Of a stretch of DNA of 64,000 bases, positions 11,562 through 21,707 are shown piece by piece. Source of the stretch: Promethearchaeota archaeon. GTDB taxonomy: Archaea > Asgardarchaeota > Lokiarchaeia > Sigyniarchaeales > SOKP01. Location of the stretch: NCBI GenBank assembly GCA_018238625.1, contig JABCSY010000006.1:9704-73703 (forward strand), written 5' to 3'. Every line of letters begins with the position of its first letter. Position 1 is the first letter of the stretch. Below the pieces are notes generated by a model, which did not search any database, had not been told where the DNA came from, and saw nothing but the letters and a program-made list of their open reading frames with translations. A program made the position numbers and the translations under genes.

Positions 11562-11591
11562 TTTTTAATTTTAGTTTGAAAAATTATTAAA

Positions 11592-13478
11592 TTACATTAT
11601 TGTTTGGATAAACGCTTTAAATGTATCGTAATCGTTTAAGAATTCATATGATAGAATTAAATTAACTATTTTGAAATTACTACCATAGAATATGCTGTTT
11701 AGATTATCAACAGTTTTGCCCCCCTTAAATAAAGAGTCGTCTATTATTAAATCAACGCGATCTCCAAGCTTTTTAATAATTTTGGTTTTAATTGGATTCG
11801 TCTCATTTAATTCAGAAGAGAGAATAATTGTAGGTTTTCCTAAATAGGGAATAAAGTCAAAATTAAAAACAACAACTTGTTTTGAAATTTTCTCGGGTTG
11901 GAAGAACTTTTTTAACGTAGATTGTATTACTACTAATTCTTCTTGATCGTGATTGTTGCTTGATGGATAAATGTAATACGCAAAAGATTTATCCGAACTG
12001 TACTTTAACTCTGAATAAACTCTATCAATGATAGGAAATATGCCAAAATCAAAACTAAATAGCGATATGAGAGCAATGTTGAAGTTATAATCGCCCATTA
12101 GAATGTTACTGCTTGCATTTCCTCCAATGAGGGAAAACTGATTTATTTCCTTAGAGCTTTTTGAAGCGTAAGTATTTAATAGAAAGAATTGAGAAAATGT
12201 TCCTATAGGTTCAACTTTAGTTTTTTTCTCTTTAACCATCTCGTAAATTTCGTTAAATAAGTCTTTTGCAACTCTTTCTCTTAGCCCTACCGAGCTTATT
12301 TCCCCTATGACCGTGTCAGCAGCTTCTGGACAATCTAATTCCGCAATAATGCATATAGCTCCTCTAAAAAATGCGTAAGCCGGGTTCTTATAATCTTTAG
12401 CTGATAAAACAATTTTATTAGAATTAAGAATAATTTGATTGATTTGATTTATAATTTTAAGAATTAATACATTATTCTTTTTTTCATGCAATTTTTTTAT
12501 AATGTTAAATAGAACTTTAATTTTAAGGATCTCATCTTCAATAGACTCAGAAAGTTTAAGAGCTAAATTGAAACCATTTTCCAGAGATTTGCTAATGATG
12601 TTAATAAGTGCTTTTTCCTTTAGCGAAGCGTCGTCGATAAAAGAAAGAACCCTGATAACTTGATCTTGATTAGTATTTAGTAAATCAAGCGCTATTTTTT
12701 CTACTACTTGATTTTTTTTATTTTTATCGTTTAAATTTTTAATAACTTCTATTGTAGCGTCTAAATTAACTGTTGCATTGGCTCTAATTAAGTTATAATA
12801 AAGCTTTTTTTTTTCTCCTTCATCAGATAGTTTTAACGAGTATTCTAACGCCTTAAAAAAATTACCCATCGAGAGATATGATTTTGCTAGAACTTTTAAT
12901 TTATTATCAATTTCAACAAGCTTAACCCCAGTATCTCCATCTAATAATGGCGTATCGGAAGTTTGCAGGTTTTTTTGTGTTTCGCTATGAATTTTTATTA
13001 ATTCTTTAATTTCCTTCTCAATTATCTTAACTTCACTTTTACTAGACGCTATAAATAAGTCTTTTGAGTTAAACCCATCTCCATCATCGAATTCGAGAAC
13101 TTGTATATTTTTCAAAATTTTATTTATTTTACTTGCGGAAATAGTCTCTCTTATCTTTTGTATATCTACCACGTATTCGACCAATTTCATCCAATAGGCA
13201 TTGATTGTTAATTTTCCGTACCCATCAGCGGTTGGTTTCAATGTTAAATCTATTTTCCTAGTTTCTCCTGATTTAAATAGAACTTCTTTGTTGAACTCTT
13301 CTGGGTTAACCTCAATATCTAGATTTTCTCCCTCAAAAACAAATTTAAAATGTTCCTCCTTTTTAGAATTATTCACAACTTCTAAAGAAACAGAATTTTT
13401 TAAACTAGGAATTAGAAGATTTTGAGGAAACTTTTTTATAGTTATGGAGATTACTTGATTAGGGTCTGAGATTGCCAT
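11592..13478 (-). CDS. Hypothetical protein (Ig-like N-terminus and helical repeats by appearance)
   Basis: 628-aa ORF co-oriented with neighbours; no recognisable catalytic motif. Confidence 0.7.
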   Translation of the reverse strand: MAISDPNQVISITIKKFPQNLLIPSLKNSVSLEVVNNSKKEEHFKFVFEGENLDIEVNPEEFNKEVLFKSGETRKIDLTLKPTADGYGKLTINAYWMKLVEYVVDIQKIRETISASKINKILKNIQVLEFDDGDGFNSKDLFIASSKSEVKIIEKEIKELIKIHSETQKNLQTSDTPLLDGDTGVKLVEIDNKLKVLAKSYLSMGNFFKALEYSLKLSDEGEKKKLYYNLIRANATVNLDATIEVIKNLNDKNKKNQVVEKIALDLLNTNQDQVIRVLSFIDDASLKEKALINIISKSLENGFNLALKLSESIEDEILKIKVLFNIIKKLHEKKNNVLILKIINQINQIILNSNKIVLSAKDYKNPAYAFFRGAICIIAELDCPEAADTVIGEISSVGLRERVAKDLFNEIYEMVKEKKTKVEPIGTFSQFFLLNTYASKSSKEINQFSLIGGNASSNILMGDYNFNIALISLFSFDFGIFPIIDRVYSELKYSSDKSFAYYIYPSSNNHDQEELVVIQSTLKKFFQPEKISKQVVVFNFDFIPYLGKPTIILSSELNETNPIKTKIIKKLGDRVDLIIDDSLFKGGKTVDNLNSIFYGSNFKIVNLILSYEFLNDYDTFKAFIQTIM

Positions 13479-13640
13479 CTTAGTGTATCTTATTTAATTT
13501 TAATATTTCTATTAATTGCGCATATCAGATATTTATTACGAATTAACAATGCATGCGTAAAAGCGCTATTTTACCTTAATATCAACAATATAAAATTTAT
13601 TGATTTTAAATTTTTACAAAAAGAAAACTTCCCTTTTCTT

Positions 13641-14366
13641 CTATTTTCCTTTTCTTCTATTTCTCGCCAAGTAATCTTTGATATCTTCAATTATCATTTC
13701 TTTATTATAATCAGGCCATAGGTCAGTTCTAAATTTGAACTCTGCATAAGATGCGTCCCATAACAGAAATCCCGAAATTCTAGCGCCATCTTCCATGCCT
13801 GTGCGAATGATGTAATCTAACTCTGGAAAACTTTTCGTATATAAATAGCTCTTGATTAAATCTCGCGTAATATCTTCTGACTTAATATTATCTTCCGTTA
13901 TCTTTTTCACAGCGTCTACGATTTCTTCTTGGCCGTCATACATAATGCACAAGTTAATGAAATTTTGGTTATGGTCCTTTGTAAATTCAATTAATTCTTT
14001 GATTTTCTCCTGGACATCTTCAGGTAGCAAATGCACTCGGCCAATTACGTCAAATTTAACTTTCTCTTCTCTAACGGTTGATTCATTTATTACTGTATCC
14101 ACTGCTTTTAAAATTATCTTAAAAATATATCTAAGTTCGCTAACACTTCTTTTCCGCGCGTTTTCGAGGGATAAGGCGTAAATGCTCAAATAATGAATTC
14201 CTGCGTCAAAAAAATCAAATAACCTATCTTTTAAATTCTCGTACCCTATTAAATGGCCCACATTTGCCTCAAACAATTTTTTTTTTGCCCATCTACGATT
14301 ACCATCTAAAATTAAACCAATGTGTTTAGGCAGCTTATTTGCGGGTATGTCCTTTAACTCTTCCAA
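13641..14366 (-). CDS. uppS: cis-prenyltransferase (polyprenyl diphosphate synthase)
   Basis: PKHIGLILDGNRRWA, YALSLEN, DYIIRTG...RISGFLLW motifs. Confidence 0.93.
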   Translation of the reverse strand: MEELKDIPANKLPKHIGLILDGNRRWAKKKLFEANVGHLIGYENLKDRLFDFFDAGIHYLSIYALSLENARKRSVSELRYIFKIILKAVDTVINESTVREEKVKFDVIGRVHLLPEDVQEKIKELIEFTKDHNQNFINLCIMYDGQEEIVDAVKKITEDNIKSEDITRDLIKSYLYTKSFPELDYIIRTGMEDGARISGFLLWDASYAEFKFRTDLWPDYNKEMIIEDIKDYLARNRRKGK

Positions 14367-14664
14367 GATAATTTAACCTTTAGAGACATTACTACAATTG
14401 ATACTACTATTAATATTAATAGGAATATGAGATTTATTTATTATAAATTTTTATTATTTGAATTACAATTCATATTTTCTCTTATTACCACGATTAAGAA
14501 TTTGAACTGTTGAGATTATTAGAAATTTAAGAAATCTTATATAACTACCTCATATAATAAGAATAATGTTTAACTAGATAAGTTTTTGAATAAATATTTA
14601 ACTAAATAAACATTACATTTAACAATCGAACCAATTTAAACCAGCGTTAAAAGAGAGATCCCTA

Positions 14665-16293
14665 ATGATAAGCAACGAATACTTGTTTTCTGATATCGGA
14701 ATCGATAGTGTAGGGTTTTATGCTCCAAAATATTATGTCAAGTTAAAAGATCTCGCTGTTGAGCGGAAAGTAGACCCTGATAAATATAAAAAGGGTCTTA
14801 TGGCAATAGAAATGAGAATACCCGATGTGAACGAGGATATCATTTCTCTGGGATTGAAGGCAGGATATCAAGCTTTAGTAAAGGGAAACATATCTCCTAA
14901 GAGTATTGACGCTCTTTTCGTAGGAACAGAGACTATAACATATGCAGTAAAGTCGGTTTCAAACATCTTCGCCGAATTGTTAGGGATATCAACCAATTCT
15001 GTTTGCCAAGACGTCTATAACGCGTGCGCAGGTGGAACTCTAGCCCTTCTCAACGCGATTGCTTTGGTAGAAAAAGATATTATAAAAAAAGCACTTGTCA
15101 TAAGTGTTGATATTTCTTCATATCAAATAGGCAGTCCAAGTGAGGCTACTCAAGGTTCAGGAGCAATTGCTTTAGTTATCTCAAAAAACCCTAGGATTGC
15201 GACCTTTGGTGAAAAATTTGGAAAGGTTTCGGGAAATGTTGACGATTTTTTCCGCCCAGCTAATGAAAAAAATGCTAAAGTTTTTGGTCATTATTCAGTA
15301 AGTACTTATCTCAATTTTCAATTGAAAGCATACGACGATTTGATTAACAATATAGGGGATTTTCACGCTGATTTCTACACATTTCACGCGCCCTTTTCTA
15401 AACTACCAATAAAAATCATGCAACAGATAATCCAAAAACGCTGGATAAAGCATATTCAAAACCTTCCAAGGGTAAAAAAAGATCAAATAACATCGTCCCT
15501 CCTTAAGAAACTTGATTATTTTATGCACGATATTACTGTTTTACCAGAGTGGTTATATTTGAAACTGAAAGAGAGAGGTTACTCCTCCGAAACATTGGAA
15601 AATATATCATACAAACTTATAGCAAATGTTAAAGGTAAAGTACTTCCACAATTAAGAGTGCCTTCGCATTTCGGGAATCTTTACAACGCTAGTATCTGGG
15701 CTCAAATCATTTATCTTCTTGAAAATTATTCTCGAGCAAACGACACGATTTATTTTGGTTCATATGGGTCTGGGGCGACATGCATTTCTGGATTGTTAAA
15801 AGTTAAGGAAGGTTTTAAGACAGTCGTTGATAAAAGTCCAAAGATTAATGATTTTATTGAAAATAAAGAACGCAAAAGTGTGAAAGAATACGAGTTAATA
15901 AGGTCTGGTGATTATGTGCCTACAACGGTATTAGGTGAAATTGCTGAACACGAGATCAATAAAAACAGAGGGTTTACGCTTCATTTTTGCGATGATGGGT
16001 GTATCATTCCAAATATAGAAGGATTAGATCATTGTCCAAAAGGACATTCTGGTTTTCACAAGAGATTTTTTCCATTGTTTGCGATATTAAAGTCAGAACC
16101 AATCGTAAATCCTAACGAAAATGATCTTAGTTTCCTCAGCAATGGGTTAGTAAGGATTGCTGGTAACGCTAAACAGGGGGCTTGTTTAGAGTACGAGATA
16201 AGACGCATTGAAAATAAAGAAGAAACAAATATTAACGCTATTGGTTTATTAAACTGGAGCCCCTTGTATGTTCCCGTTCAAAGAATTTATTGA
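14665..16293 (+). CDS. HMG-CoA synthase with C-terminal Cys/His-containing DUF35-like extension
   Basis: VGTET, YNACAGGT (catalytic Cys), EATQGSGA, FHAPFSK, GNLYNAS, GSYGSG; about 130 extra C-terminal residues. Confidence 0.9.
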   Translation: MISNEYLFSDIGIDSVGFYAPKYYVKLKDLAVERKVDPDKYKKGLMAIEMRIPDVNEDIISLGLKAGYQALVKGNISPKSIDALFVGTETITYAVKSVSNIFAELLGISTNSVCQDVYNACAGGTLALLNAIALVEKDIIKKALVISVDISSYQIGSPSEATQGSGAIALVISKNPRIATFGEKFGKVSGNVDDFFRPANEKNAKVFGHYSVSTYLNFQLKAYDDLINNIGDFHADFYTFHAPFSKLPIKIMQQIIQKRWIKHIQNLPRVKKDQITSSLLKKLDYFMHDITVLPEWLYLKLKERGYSSETLENISYKLIANVKGKVLPQLRVPSHFGNLYNASIWAQIIYLLENYSRANDTIYFGSYGSGATCISGLLKVKEGFKTVVDKSPKINDFIENKERKSVKEYELIRSGDYVPTTVLGEIAEHEINKNRGFTLHFCDDGCIIPNIEGLDHCPKGHSGFHKRFFPLFAILKSEPIVNPNENDLSFLSNGLVRIAGNAKQGACLEYEIRRIENKEETNINAIGLLNWSPLYVPVQRIY

Positions 16294-16443
16294 CCAATAA
16301 TCCATTGTGGAAGAGTTCCTCTGCCGGTATTATAATAAATAATGACATCTTCTATTTTTCACCATTCTATCAACCAAAAGTTCAATATTATCTAGGGCAA
16401 GACAATTAGAAGATGATATAAATAATTTCAAATTAAGATTAAT

Positions 16444-17736
16444 GTGAATAAAGATATGCAAGAAATTCGTTCAGATATATCGGGTTTTTATAAGTTATCC
16501 TTAGAAGAACGCCAGCATCAATTAGCTAAATTGATTAACTTAAAACACGAAGAAATTAAATTATTGCAAGCTTTGGGGTATTTTACGTCCAATCAAATTG
16601 ACACGCTAATAGAAAATGTAATTGGGAGCTACCAATTGCCCTTGGGGATTGCTTTAAACTTTAAGATTAATGGAAAAGATTATATTTTGCCCATGGTGAT
16701 TGAAGAACCTTCAGTAGTGGCCGCTGCTTCTAACGCAGCTAAGATAGCAAGAAAAAACGGGGGTTTTCAGTCTGAAGAAGTTAAATCAATCATGATTTCT
16801 CAAATCCAAATAACTCAATTAAAAGATATTGCTGCTGCCAAGGAAATTTTAGCGAGAAATAAGGAAAAAATCTTAAAAATTGCAAATGAGCAAGATCCCT
16901 TATTAAATAAGCTAGGTGGAGGTGCTATAGATATTGAGCTTCGAGAAATAGAAACAAAAAAAGGAAAAATGCTAATCCTTCACCTTCTGGTTAATGTCTT
17001 AGACGCTATGGGTGCTAATGTAGTAAATACGATGGCTGAAGCCGTAAGTCCTTACATTGAAGAAATTAGCGAAGGGAAGATATATCTGCGAATTGTATCT
17101 AACTTGGCTACACATCGAATTGCGAAATGTAAAGCCACATTTGATAAGAACTTGCTGGGTGGAGAAGAAGTAGTTGAGGGTATTTTAAACGCTTATGAAT
17201 TTGCGCTCGCCGATCCCTATAGAGCAACGACCCATAATAAAGGGATAATGAATGGAATAATTGCGTTAACTTTAGCAACAGGAAATGACACTCGTGCTAT
17301 TGAAGCAGGAGCTCACGCATACGCTTCCTTGAGCGGTAAATACAAACCTCTTACGAAATTTAAATCTGACTCAGAGGGTAATTTAGTTGGCGAGATAGAA
17401 GTTCCTTTAGCTCTTGGAATTGTTGGAGGAATGACAAAAATTCATCCAATGGCACGTTTAGCACTGAAAATTTTAGGTGTTAAGAGTGCAGAAGAGTTAT
17501 CTCAAATTGCTGCGGCGTTAGGGTTAGCCCAGAATGTAGCCGCCTTAAGAGCCTTAGCATCAGAAGGTATCCAGAAGGGTCATATGACACTTCATTCTCG
17601 TAATATAGCGAAATTAGCTGGTGTACCCGAAAATTTGATTGAAGAGGTTGCAAATAAAATAGTAGAAGATAAAAAAATAAGAGTAGATTACGCAAAGGAA
17701 GTTTTAAAGGAAATAATTAAAAGTAAAAACCTTTAG
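16444..17736 (+). CDS. mvaA: HMG-CoA reductase, class II
   Basis: IENVIG, EEPSVVAAAS, DAMGANVVN, RATTHNKGIMNG, GNDTRAIEAGAH, EGIQKGHMTLH. Confidence 0.95.
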   Translation: MNKDMQEIRSDISGFYKLSLEERQHQLAKLINLKHEEIKLLQALGYFTSNQIDTLIENVIGSYQLPLGIALNFKINGKDYILPMVIEEPSVVAAASNAAKIARKNGGFQSEEVKSIMISQIQITQLKDIAAAKEILARNKEKILKIANEQDPLLNKLGGGAIDIELREIETKKGKMLILHLLVNVLDAMGANVVNTMAEAVSPYIEEISEGKIYLRIVSNLATHRIAKCKATFDKNLLGGEEVVEGILNAYEFALADPYRATTHNKGIMNGIIALTLATGNDTRAIEAGAHAYASLSGKYKPLTKFKSDSEGNLVGEIEVPLALGIVGGMTKIHPMARLALKILGVKSAEELSQIAAALGLAQNVAALRALASEGIQKGHMTLHSRNIAKLAGVPENLIEEVANKIVEDKKIRVDYAKEVLKEIIKSKNL

Positions 17737-17817
17737 TTTTATAAAAAGTGTTTCATAAACTCCTCTAATAAAAAGCGATATAATTGATAACTGCATAACG
17801 ATAAATAAAATTTTGAG

Positions 17818-19128
17818 ATGATATTTATGGGATTTAGAGATTATATAAATAAAATTGATGAGAAAGGTCTCCTTCAAAAGGTAGATATCGAAACTTCGAA
17901 GAATTTAGAGATTTCTGGAATTTTAAAAGAGAAAGAACCAACTTCCTTAATGTTTAATAATGTTAAAGAATCTGAATTCAGGTTGGTTGGTAATATGTTC
18001 TGTACTAAGAATGTGATTGCTTCGTATTTCAATGTAACTCCCACAGACATCATACCAATGCTTTCAAAAGCAATTACTGAATGTTCAGAACCCGAAATCG
18101 TACCAAATGCTCCTTGTCAAGAAGTTATAGCATCAAGCGTAGATTTAGATAAATTACCAATTTTATTTCATTGCGAAAAGGACGGCGGGAATTACATAAG
18201 TTCTGCTGTCGTAATCACAAGAGACCCAGATTACGGACAAAACATGGATTTTCATCGGGCTATGCAATTTTCCAAAAACAAATTTTCTACTCGAATAGTT
18301 AGAGGTCGACATTTTCATACATTTTTAGAAAAAAATAGCGAATTAGATGTTGCTTTTTGCATAGGTAATACTCCTAACATTCTAATTGCCGGAGCTACGT
18401 CTGTGGATATTGGGGTTGACGAATTACATATTGCAAATGCATTAGAACCAATAAAAGTTGTTAAAGCAAATACAGTTGATCTTTTAATCCCTGCAGATGC
18501 AGAATTTGTATTAGAAGGGCGTGTCTATTTAGAAGAAAAACACGCTGAAGGCCCTTTTCTCGACTTAACAGAAACTTATGATATTATAAGAGAAGAACCC
18601 GTTTTTGAAGTTAAAAAAATAACTCATAGAAAGGACGCGATCTGGCAAGCGTTATTACCCGGTGCGCTTGAACATAAAATATTGATGGGTATGCCAAGAG
18701 AACCAACTATTTTCAATAAAGTGAACGAATCTGGTGTTAAATGCCTAGATGTTAATATAAATCCTGGAGGATGTTCGTGGCTACATGCAATTGTGCAAAT
18801 TGATAAAAAATCAGAAGATGATGGCAAAAAAGCTATTGAAGGTGCATTTATTGGACATAGTAGTTGCAAACACATATTTATTGTGGATAAAGATATTGAT
18901 ATTTACGACCCGTTATCTGTGGAATGGGCGATGGCAACTCGCTTTCAAGGCGATGTTAATATGAAAATTAAAGATAAGGAACCTGGAAGTAGTTTAGATC
19001 CTAGCGCAGAACCAGGAACGAAAATGACAACTAAAATGGGATTTGATTTAACGAAACCCTTAGTGACTAAAGGAAAGAGCTTTGATAGAGCTAGTTTCCC
19101 AAAAGTAGATTTGAACAAATATTTTTAA
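17818..19128 (+). CDS. UbiD-family decarboxylase, likely trans-anhydromevalonate 5-phosphate decarboxylase
   Basis: DGGNYI, EFVLEG, EGPFLDLTETYD, VDKDIDIYD...VEWAMATR; operon context with AcnX subunits. Confidence 0.88.
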   Translation: MIFMGFRDYINKIDEKGLLQKVDIETSKNLEISGILKEKEPTSLMFNNVKESEFRLVGNMFCTKNVIASYFNVTPTDIIPMLSKAITECSEPEIVPNAPCQEVIASSVDLDKLPILFHCEKDGGNYISSAVVITRDPDYGQNMDFHRAMQFSKNKFSTRIVRGRHFHTFLEKNSELDVAFCIGNTPNILIAGATSVDIGVDELHIANALEPIKVVKANTVDLLIPADAEFVLEGRVYLEEKHAEGPFLDLTETYDIIREEPVFEVKKITHRKDAIWQALLPGALEHKILMGMPREPTIFNKVNESGVKCLDVNINPGGCSWLHAIVQIDKKSEDDGKKAIEGAFIGHSSCKHIFIVDKDIDIYDPLSVEWAMATRFQGDVNMKIKDKEPGSSLDPSAEPGTKMTTKMGFDLTKPLVTKGKSFDRASFPKVDLNKYF

Positions 19129-19147
19129 TACAAAGCATTTGAGGATT

Positions 19148-20341
19148 ATGAGACTAGAACAAATAGAAAAAGATATGCTTGACGGAAAGCATGGAAAGTC
19201 CGCCCAGAAATCCATGGAAATATTAACCACTTTAGGCGAAATATTTGGTGCTGAATGTATGGTTGATGTTTATGGGGTTCAAATAGCAGGAGTTTCCTAC
19301 GCTAATCTTGGAGAAGCGGGGTTGGAATTCTTGAACGAAATGGCAGAGGATGGAAAGGTCAGGGTTTTAACTACTTTAAATCCCGCTGGAATGGATCGCG
19401 AAAATTGGCGAGCGTTAGGGATAGACGAAGAATTTTTTAAAAATCAGAATCGAGCTATAGATGCTTTTGCAAAAATGGGAATAATTACGACGTGTTCTTG
19501 TACACCTTATTTAATTGGAAACGCACCCCATTATGGACAGCACATTGCTTGGGCCGAAAGTAGCGCTGTTTGTTATTCCAACTCTGTTATTGGAGCTCGA
19601 ACGAATCGAGAGGGAGGACCAAGCGCTCTAGCAGCGGCTATAACCGGTAAGACGCCTAAATACGGCTATCATTTGGAAAAGAATCGTCATGGCCAAGTCT
19701 TGTTTAAGATAAACGCTTCAGTCAAGGGTACTGATGAGTTTGGCGTGTTGGGAAAATTTATTGGCGATAAACTAGTTGAAAATGGAAAAAAAATCCCTTA
19801 TATTGCGGGAATTCCTTCTGCTACCGTTGAAGAACTTAAGTCCTTTTGCGCTTCAGTCGCTACCTATGGTGGAACGGCATTATTCCACATGGAAGGAATT
19901 ACTCCTGAGTACAATAAGTACGCTAAACCAAGTGAAATTGTCATCGAAATCAATCAGGACGATTTAGATAAAACTCGTGCTGAGCTTATTGACGACGATC
20001 TTGAGATAGATTTTGTAAGTCTAGGTTGTCCTCACGCTTCAATTCACGAAATAGCGGAAATTGCGAAATTGTTAGAGGGAAAAAATGTAAAGAAAGAATT
20101 TTGGATTACTACGGCACGACCTACAAAAAGGATCGCAGACGAAGCCGGTTATTCTAAAATTATTGAAGAAGCTGGAGCAAAATTTGCGGCAGACACCTGT
20201 TGCGTCGTAGCTCCAATTAAAGGTCGCTTCAAGGGAATTATGGTCGATTCAGCAAAGGCGTGTTATTACGGCCGCGCAAAAAATAAATTTAAAGTAAAAA
20301 TTGGTTCAATAGAACAATGCGTTGAGGAGGCGATTAAATGA
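19148..20341 (+). CDS. Aconitase X catalytic subunit, likely phosphomevalonate dehydratase large subunit
   Basis: TTLNPAG, TCSCTPY, AWAESSA, GARTNREGGP, LGCPHAS, DTCCVVAP, DSAKA. ATG at 19148 follows GAGGA. Confidence 0.92.
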   Translation: MRLEQIEKDMLDGKHGKSAQKSMEILTTLGEIFGAECMVDVYGVQIAGVSYANLGEAGLEFLNEMAEDGKVRVLTTLNPAGMDRENWRALGIDEEFFKNQNRAIDAFAKMGIITTCSCTPYLIGNAPHYGQHIAWAESSAVCYSNSVIGARTNREGGPSALAAAITGKTPKYGYHLEKNRHGQVLFKINASVKGTDEFGVLGKFIGDKLVENGKKIPYIAGIPSATVEELKSFCASVATYGGTALFHMEGITPEYNKYAKPSEIVIEINQDDLDKTRAELIDDDLEIDFVSLGCPHASIHEIAEIAKLLEGKNVKKEFWITTARPTKRIADEAGYSKIIEEAGAKFAADTCCVVAPIKGRFKGIMVDSAKACYYGRAKNKFKVKIGSIEQCVEEAIK

Positions 20342-20727
20342 AGCTAGAAGGACGGAAAATTTATAAAGGAATTGCGAAAGCAGAAGCGATAGTAACTAAA
20401 GATGGGATCTCATTTTATGGTGGCGTAGATCCTGACACCGGTATAGTTGTTGAGGTTGGGCACGATCTTGAAGGACAATCAATAACCGGAAAAGTGCTAG
20501 TCTTTCCTACTGGTAAAGGCTCGACTGTAGGGTCGTACACGATGTATAGGATGAAAAAGAACAACAAGGCTCCAGCAGCAATCGTAAACGAAGAGATCGA
20601 TACTATAATAGCAGTGGGTTGTATAATTAGTGAAATTCCATGCGTAGATAAAATTGATATTAAAAATATTAAGACTGGGCAAAAATTAATTGTAAATGGT
20701 TCAGAAGGTACTGTGGAGGTGAAATAA
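20338..20727 (+). CDS. Aconitase X swivel subunit (DUF126), phosphomevalonate dehydratase small subunit
   Basis: ISFYGGVDPDTG, GKVLVFPTGKGSTVGSY; 4-nt ATGA overlap with the large subunit. Confidence 0.92.
   Translation: MKLEGRKIYKGIAKAEAIVTKDGISFYGGVDPDTGIVVEVGHDLEGQSITGKVLVFPTGKGSTVGSYTMYRMKKNNKAPAAIVNEEIDTIIAVGCIISEIPCVDKIDIKNIKTGQKLIVNGSEGTVEVK
20714..20721 (+). promoter_or_regulatory. Shine-Dalgarno sequence for mvk exon 1
   Basis: TGGAGGTG lies 6 nt upstream of the ACG at 20728. Confidence 0.6.
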
Positions 20728-21694
20728 ACGGGAACTGGAAAAGGATACGGTAAGACCATTCTCTTTGGCGAAATTTACTTCTCATTTCGGTAGTAGACGC
20801 AATCATTTTGTAGTTTATGGTCTTCCCGCTATTGCTTCGGCTTTAGGTACCTATACAACCGCAGATGTTAAAGTTGTTGAAGGGCAAAATTGGACTGTTG
20901 ACGATCAGAGACCCGCTACACCGGGTTATAAAAAAAAGAAATACGATGAAGCTATGCAATCAATTAGAAATGTATTGGAACTTTTAAAAATAGATACAGA
21001 TAGTCAAAAACTTGAAATAACTTTTACCGGAGATTTATTTGCTGCGAGTGGAGTTGGAGCTTCTGCTGCTCAATGCACATCTCTTACTCGTGCACTCAAC
21101 GATTGCTTTAATCTAAAATTAGACGATGAAAAGATAAACGAGGCTGCGTACGAAGGAGAAAAAGCTTATCACGGAACCCCTTCTGGTATTGACAACACGG
21201 CTTCGACTTACGGTGGTTTGATTTGGTTTGTGAAAAATTTAAGTGGTGGAAAAAATACGATGGACTTCCTTCAATCGCCAAAAAAGATGCCCTTAGTAAT
21301 CGCAAATTCAGGAATAACGGCTTCAACAACGGAAGTAGTTGCTGATGTTCGACGTTTAAAGGAAGCTAATTCAGAAGAATTTGAGAAGATACTAAACGAA
21401 TATAAGACTCTATCAGAAAAAGCAAAAAAAGCCTTGCTTGAAGGTGATATTGCCATTATAGGTAAATTAATGAATCAAAACCACGAATTACTTCAAAAAA
21501 TCTCAGTTTCAGGAGAAATAAACGATAAATTAGTGGAGATAGCACTAAAAAATGGAGCGGTTGGAGCTAAAATGACGGGAACTGGTCGGGGAGGTTTAGT
21601 AATCGCTTTAGCAGAAAATGAAGAAATGCAAGAATTTATCGCCAAGGCTATCGAAAAAGAAGGCTATGCCGCCTGGAGAACAATGATAGGATGA
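20728..21694 (+). CDS. mvk: Mevalonate kinase, split gene (exon 1 20728-20772, exon 2 20804-21694)
   Basis: Exon 1 reads (ACG)GTGKGYGKTILFGE and exon 2 reads HFVVYGLPAIA, which together give the GHMP motif GKxILFGEHxVVYG. Also SGVGASAA, HGTPSGIDN, GAKMTGTGRGG. The ORF-track N-terminus MAKFTSHFGSRRN is read-through of the insert. Confidence 0.9.
20773..20803 (+). other. Putative 31-nt bulge-helix-bulge-type intron in mvk
   Basis: ATTTACTTCTCATTTCGGTAGTAGACGCAAT. Inner stem TTTACT/AGTAGA (one G-U), central helix GGCG/CGCA (3 of 4 pairs), bulges AAA and ATC. Cutting after the 2nd nt of each bulge joins GAA|CAT (Glu-His). Confidence 0.78.
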
Positions 21695-21707
21695 GTGTTA
21701 ATTAAAA

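Noticed and set aside
16346-16415. 9-bp inverted repeat CATCTTCTA/TAGAAGATG after ATGA as a SECIS-like element
   Set aside because: The loop is about 50 nt, the GA register does not fit the SECIS core, and adjacent genes have no in-frame TGA.
20765-20803. ORF-track start of mevalonate kinase (MAKFTSHFGSRRN)
   Set aside because: It lacks the conserved GKxILFGE, which is present upstream in another frame. A simple frameshift would also leave about 10 extra residues in the motif.
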